Shown here piece by piece: positions 57,940 through 64,000 of a stretch of DNA of 64,000 nt. Origin of the DNA: an uncultured Microbacteriaceae bacterium. Lineage in GTDB: Bacteria; Actinomycetota; Actinomycetes; Actinomycetales; Microbacteriaceae. The stretch covers positions 1,540 through 65,539 of the forward strand of contig CAYPND010000012.1 in assembly GCA_964412175.1 (NCBI GenBank), in the 5' to 3' direction. Below the pieces are notes generated by a model. That model searched no databases. It was not told the origin of the DNA and was given only the letters and a program-made list of their open reading frames with translations. The position numbers and the translations under genes were made by a program. How positions within the stretch are numbered: the stretch's first letter is position 1; each line of letters starts with the position of its first letter.

Positions 57940-58877
57940 CGGCCGAGCCCGCCGCCGATGCCGCGCTCGGGGGCCACCTCCACCGCCTCGCGGTGCTCGT
58001 CACCGCGGGGCTCGCACCGCACGCGGCGTGGATGCACGTGGCCGCGGCCTCGAACGACCCCACGATGGCGCGCATCGCCGATGCGGTGCAGCGCGGGGAG
58101 GGCATCGCGGCGGCGATCGAGGCGGCGGCCGGCCCCTCCGCGACAGACTCCGCCGCGACGCCGACGTTGGCGTGGCGGTCGCTCGCGGCGGCCTGGAGCG
58201 TCGCGACCGAGAGCGGCGCCCCGCTCGCCCCCGCCCTGCGGGGCTTCGCCGAGGGCATGCGCGACCGCGAGGCGGCGCGACGCGACATCCGCATCGCCCT
58301 CGCCGGCCCCCGGGCCACCGCACGCATCGTCATGGGGTTGCCCGTCATCGCGGTGTTGCTGGGCTTGCTCATGGGGGTCGATCTCGTCGCGACTCTCATG
58401 ACCCCCATCGGTGCGGCAGCCGTGGTCGGGGGGCTCGCGCTCGTCGGCCTCGCCCGGCGCTGGATGCGGCGGCTGCTGCGCGCCGCCGAGCCGCCCCCGC
58501 CGACCGTCGGCCTCGCGTTCGACTTGCTCGCGGTCGCCGCGGGCGGGGGAGGGCCGCCCGAGTCGGCCGCGCGCCTCGTCGAACGCGAGCTCGCGCGCGC
58601 GGGGCTGCTCGATCCCGACGGTGCCGACACCGATGCCGCGGCGCTCGCCGCCCTCGTGGGTCTGTCGCGCGCCACGGGTGCCCCGCTCGGCGAGCTCGCG
58701 CGAGCTGACGCCGCCGAGGCGCGGGCGGCCGCACGAGCGGCGGCGCGCGAGTCGGCCGAGCGGCTCGCGGTGCGGCTCATGCTGCCGCTCGGAGCGTGCG
58801 TGCTTCCCTCGTTCCTGCTGCTCGGCGTCGTGCCGATGCTGCTGGGTCTGCTCTCCTCCACAGCGGGGGCCTGGTGA
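57936..58877 (+). CDS. Fused TadB/TadC-like (type II secretion F family) membrane protein
   Basis: 313 aa from ATG 57936 (ATGA overlap). Two soluble helical segments, each followed by hydrophobic segments. Confidence 0.65.
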   Translation: MTAEPAADAALGGHLHRLAVLVTAGLAPHAAWMHVAAASNDPTMARIADAVQRGEGIAAAIEAAAGPSATDSAATPTLAWRSLAAAWSVATESGAPLAPALRGFAEGMRDREAARRDIRIALAGPRATARIVMGLPVIAVLLGLLMGVDLVATLMTPIGAAAVVGGLALVGLARRWMRRLLRAAEPPPPTVGLAFDLLAVAAGGGGPPESAARLVERELARAGLLDPDGADTDAAALAALVGLSRATGAPLGELARADAAEARAAARAAARESAERLAVRLMLPLGACVLPSFLLLGVVPMLLGLLSSTAGAW

Positions 58878-58990
58878 GCAACGCCGGAGGGCCTGCGCCC
58901 CTCTCGACCGAGGCGGTGAGCGCTCAGCCAGACTCGAGCCGTTCGTGCCGACCGACCGCCCCTCGGGGCTCCCACGAATGGACGACCGCC

Positions 58991-59251
58991 ATGCTGCACC
59001 GCACTCTCCCGCCGCACCTCCGCCCCACCCGCTCGACGCCCTCCCGCCGCCCGGCATCGTCCGCTCGCGTCGCACCCCCGTCGCGTCGCCCGCGCCTCGT
59101 CGACGATCGCGGTGCGGCCACGGCAGAGTACGCGATCGCGACGATGGCGGCCGTCGGCTTCGCGAGCCTGCTCGTCGTCATCATGCAGAGCGACGAGGTG
59201 CGCGGCATCCTCACCGACCTCGTGCGCACGGCGCTCACGGTCGGCGGGTGA
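58991..59251 (+). CDS. DUF4244-type small Flp-like membrane protein
   Basis: DRGAATAEYAIATMAAVGFASLLVVIM core. Start codon uncertain; ATG 58991 taken. Confidence 0.55.
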   Translation: MLHRTLPPHLRPTRSTPSRRPASSARVAPPSRRPRLVDDRGAATAEYAIATMAAVGFASLLVVIMQSDEVRGILTDLVRTALTVGG

Positions 59252-59595
59252 GCCCGGCCGCTCGCGGGATCGACGATCGCGGCTCGACGACCGCCGAGGT
59301 CGCGGTCGCGCTGCCGGCGGTCGTCGTCGTGCTCGCGGCGTGCCTCGGCGGCCTGGGTCTCGCGAGTGCGCAGCTGCGGGCTCAGGATGCCGCGGCCGAT
59401 GCCGCACGACTGCTCGGCCGCGGCGAACCCGAGGTCGCGGCCGAGCAGCTCGTGACGCGCTCCGTGCCCGGCGGCGAGCTCGTCGTCACCCGGCCCGACG
59501 ACCTCGTCTGCGCCACGGTGCGGGTCGTGCAGCGCGTGCTGCTCGTGCCGCTGCGCGTCGCCGGGTCGTCGTGCGCCCTCGTCGGCGGATGGTGA
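59248..59595 (+). CDS. TadE-like pseudopilin
   Basis: DDRGSTTAEVAVALPAVVVVLAACLG N-terminus. GTGA overlap with the previous gene. Confidence 0.65.
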   Translation: MSPAARGIDDRGSTTAEVAVALPAVVVVLAACLGGLGLASAQLRAQDAAADAARLLGRGEPEVAAEQLVTRSVPGGELVVTRPDDLVCATVRVVQRVLLVPLRVAGSSCALVGGW

Positions 59596-59990
59596 CGAGC
59601 ATGCTGTCGCGCGCGATCCGCCCCCGAGCAGTGAGACCCGCGAGCGCGACGCCGCGCGACCTCGGGGCCGGCTCGGTGCTCGTCGTCGGGCTCGTCTCCG
59701 TCGTCGCGCTCGCGGGCCTCACGGTGCTCGGCGGTGCCCACGCGCTCGTGCGCGGCCAGCAGCTCAGCGCGGCGGCTGACGCGGCGGCGCTCGCCGCGGG
59801 CGACGCCCTGCTGGGGTGGGTCGCGGGCGAGCCGTGCGAGGTTGCGCAGCGCGTCGCCGAGGCCCATGCCGTGACGCTCGCCGACTGCTCGAGCGAGGCG
59901 CTGACGGTGCTCGTGCGGGTCGAGGCGGGCATCCTGGGACTCACCGTCGAGCGGTCGGCGCGCGCTGGTGCGCCGGATGCCGCGTGGTAG
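59592..59990 (+). CDS. Rv3654c-type TadE-like protein
   Basis: GAGSVLVVGLVSVVALAGLTVLG ... AADAAALAAGDAL. GTGA overlap with the previous gene. Confidence 0.6.
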   Translation: MTSMLSRAIRPRAVRPASATPRDLGAGSVLVVGLVSVVALAGLTVLGGAHALVRGQQLSAAADAAALAAGDALLGWVAGEPCEVAQRVAEAHAVTLADCSSEALTVLVRVEAGILGLTVERSARAGAPDAAW

Positions 59991-60117
59991 CGCTCAAGCG
60001 TTTCCTGTGTATGGTGTGGCTGATTGCGGCACACGGCTCCGCCTCCGTGCCGCGGCACCGGTCGGGGTGCGGATGCGATCCCCCCGCCGCAGAGACGAAC
60101 ATATGTAGAGGAGCACC

Positions 60118-62969
<2,852 letters not shown>

Positions 62970-62973
<4 letters not shown>

Positions 62974-63590
62974 CCGGGCTGTTCATCACCCTCGAGGGCG
63001 GTGACGGCTCGGGCAAGAGCACCCAGATGGGCGCCCTCACTGAGTGGCTGCAGTCACGCGGCCGCACGGTCCTACAGGCGCGCGAGCCCGGCGGCACCGA
63101 CCTCGGCCGGGAGCTACGCGAGATCGTGCTGCACCGCCGCGGTCACATCGCGCCGCGAGCCGAGACCCTGCTGTACGCCGCCGATCGCGCCCACCACATT
63201 GCGACGCTCGTGCGGCCCGCGCTCGAGCGCGGAGAGGTCGTCATCCAAGACCGCTACCTCGACTCCTCGGTCGCCTACCAGGGCGCTGGCCGCGTGCTCG
63301 ACCCCGACGAGGTGCGCGACCTGTCGCTCTGGGCCACCGAGGGGCTGCTGCCACACCTGACCGTGCTGCTCGATCTCGACCCCGCCGTCGGCCGTGAGCG
63401 CCTCGACGTCAGCCGCACCCGGTACGACCGCCTCGAGGCGGAAGAGGCCGACTTCCACGAGCGCGTGCGCGCCGCCTACCTCGTGCTCGCCGCGGCCGAG
63501 CCGCAGCGGTTCCTCGTTCTCGATGCGACCCGGCCGGTCGACGAACTGCAGTCGAGCATCCGCGATCGGGTGTCGGCGCTGCTCGACTAG
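62970..63590 (+). CDS. tmk: Thymidylate kinase
   Basis: 206 aa. FITLEGGDGSGKSTQ, DRYLDSSVAYQG. GTGA overlap with topA. Confidence 0.93.
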
Positions 63591-63599
63591 GGTGGCCGC

Positions 63600-64000
63600 A
63601 TGACCGCCTGGGACGACCTCACCGGCCAGGAGGCCGCGATCGCGGCGTTGCAGGATGCCGCGGCAGACCCCGAGGCGATGACCCACTCGTGGCTCATCAC
63701 GGGTCCGCCCGGCTCGGGCCGCTCGAACCTCGCGTTCGCCTTCGCTACCGCGCTGCTGCAGGGATCGGCCCCGAGCGAGGCCGAGGCGCAGCGCACGGCG
63801 GCGCAGGTCGCGGCTCGCACGCATCCCGACCTCGCGGTGCTCGCGACCGATCGGGTCATCATCGCGATCGAAGAGGTGCGGCAGCTCGTCGCCCAAAGTC
63901 AGTTCTCGCCGAGCGTCGCGCCCTACCGCGTGATCGTCATCGAAGACGCTGACCGCATGACCGAGCGCACCTCGAACGTGCTGCTCAAGGCGCTCGAAGA
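63600..64000 (+). CDS. holB: DNA polymerase III delta-prime subunit, N-terminal part (runs off the window)
   Basis: Hand translation from ATG 63600: MTAWDDLTGQEAAIAALQDAA...HSWLITGPPGSGRSNLA...VIVIEDADRMTERTSNVLLKALE. No stop before the window end, so it is absent from the ORF track. Confidence 0.85.
   Translation, partial: MTAWDDLTGQEAAIAALQDAAADPEAMTHSWLITGPPGSGRSNLAFAFATALLQGSAPSEAEAQRTAAQVAARTHPDLAVLATDRVIIAIEEVRQLVAQSQFSPSVAPYRVIVIEDADRMTERTSNVLLKALE

Noticed and set aside
56679-59075. 798-aa minus-strand ORF (and 57683..59407) opposite the Tad locus.
   Set aside because: Extremely R/P/G/A/S-rich translation with no motifs. The plus strand carries a Walker-box ATPase and coupled membrane and pilin genes.
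59991-60117. Imperfect inverted repeat (GCGGCACACGG...CCGTGCCGC) upstream of topA as a regulatory element.
   Set aside because: The stem is bulged and short, it has no second copy or known consensus, and there is not enough support to call it.

Overview
Visibly high-GC actinobacterial chromosome segment. Gene order resembles Micrococcales/Microbacteriaceae and the mycobacterial sucCD-perM-purNH and tad-topA-tmk-holB neighbourhoods. It is mostly core metabolism: sucCD; an IclR/glpF/dhaKLM dihydroxyacetone module; purN-purH; an ABC exporter pair; chrA; icd; purU-nagA; ZTP-riboswitch-controlled glyA-folD; pxpCBA; tdk; tRNA-Pro; ponA-type PBP; acs; a Tad-like pilus locus; topA-tmk-holB. No rRNA, CRISPR array, transposase or integrase was seen. 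Items that stand out: (1) an identical perfect 14-bp palindrome upstream of both sucC and icd; (2) a 2133-aa surface protein (glycine-rich domain + 12 FN3 + 6 copies of an unassigned ~80-aa repeat + C-terminal TM anchor) with atypical codon usage; (3) an hsp20 promoter carrying both a HAIR (HspR) and a CIRCE (HrcA) operator; (4) a translationally coupled FMN-binding lipoprotein / ApbE / RnfD-like-FNR fusion operon, suggestive of trans-membrane flavin-based electron transfer; (5) a duplicated convergent MFS-LtrA gene pair; (6) a lower-GC islet with an ECF sigma pair and a divergent XRE-HTH + nucleotidyltransferase-fold two-gene module (TA/defence-like) inserted directly against the glyA riboswitch; (7) a histidine kinase / degenerate kinase paralogue / LuxR regulator trio coupled to tdk; (8) a 6C-type sRNA (two hairpins with CCCCCC loops) in front of the Tad locus. 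All functional calls come from reading the translations and DNA motifs by eye. No database search was run.
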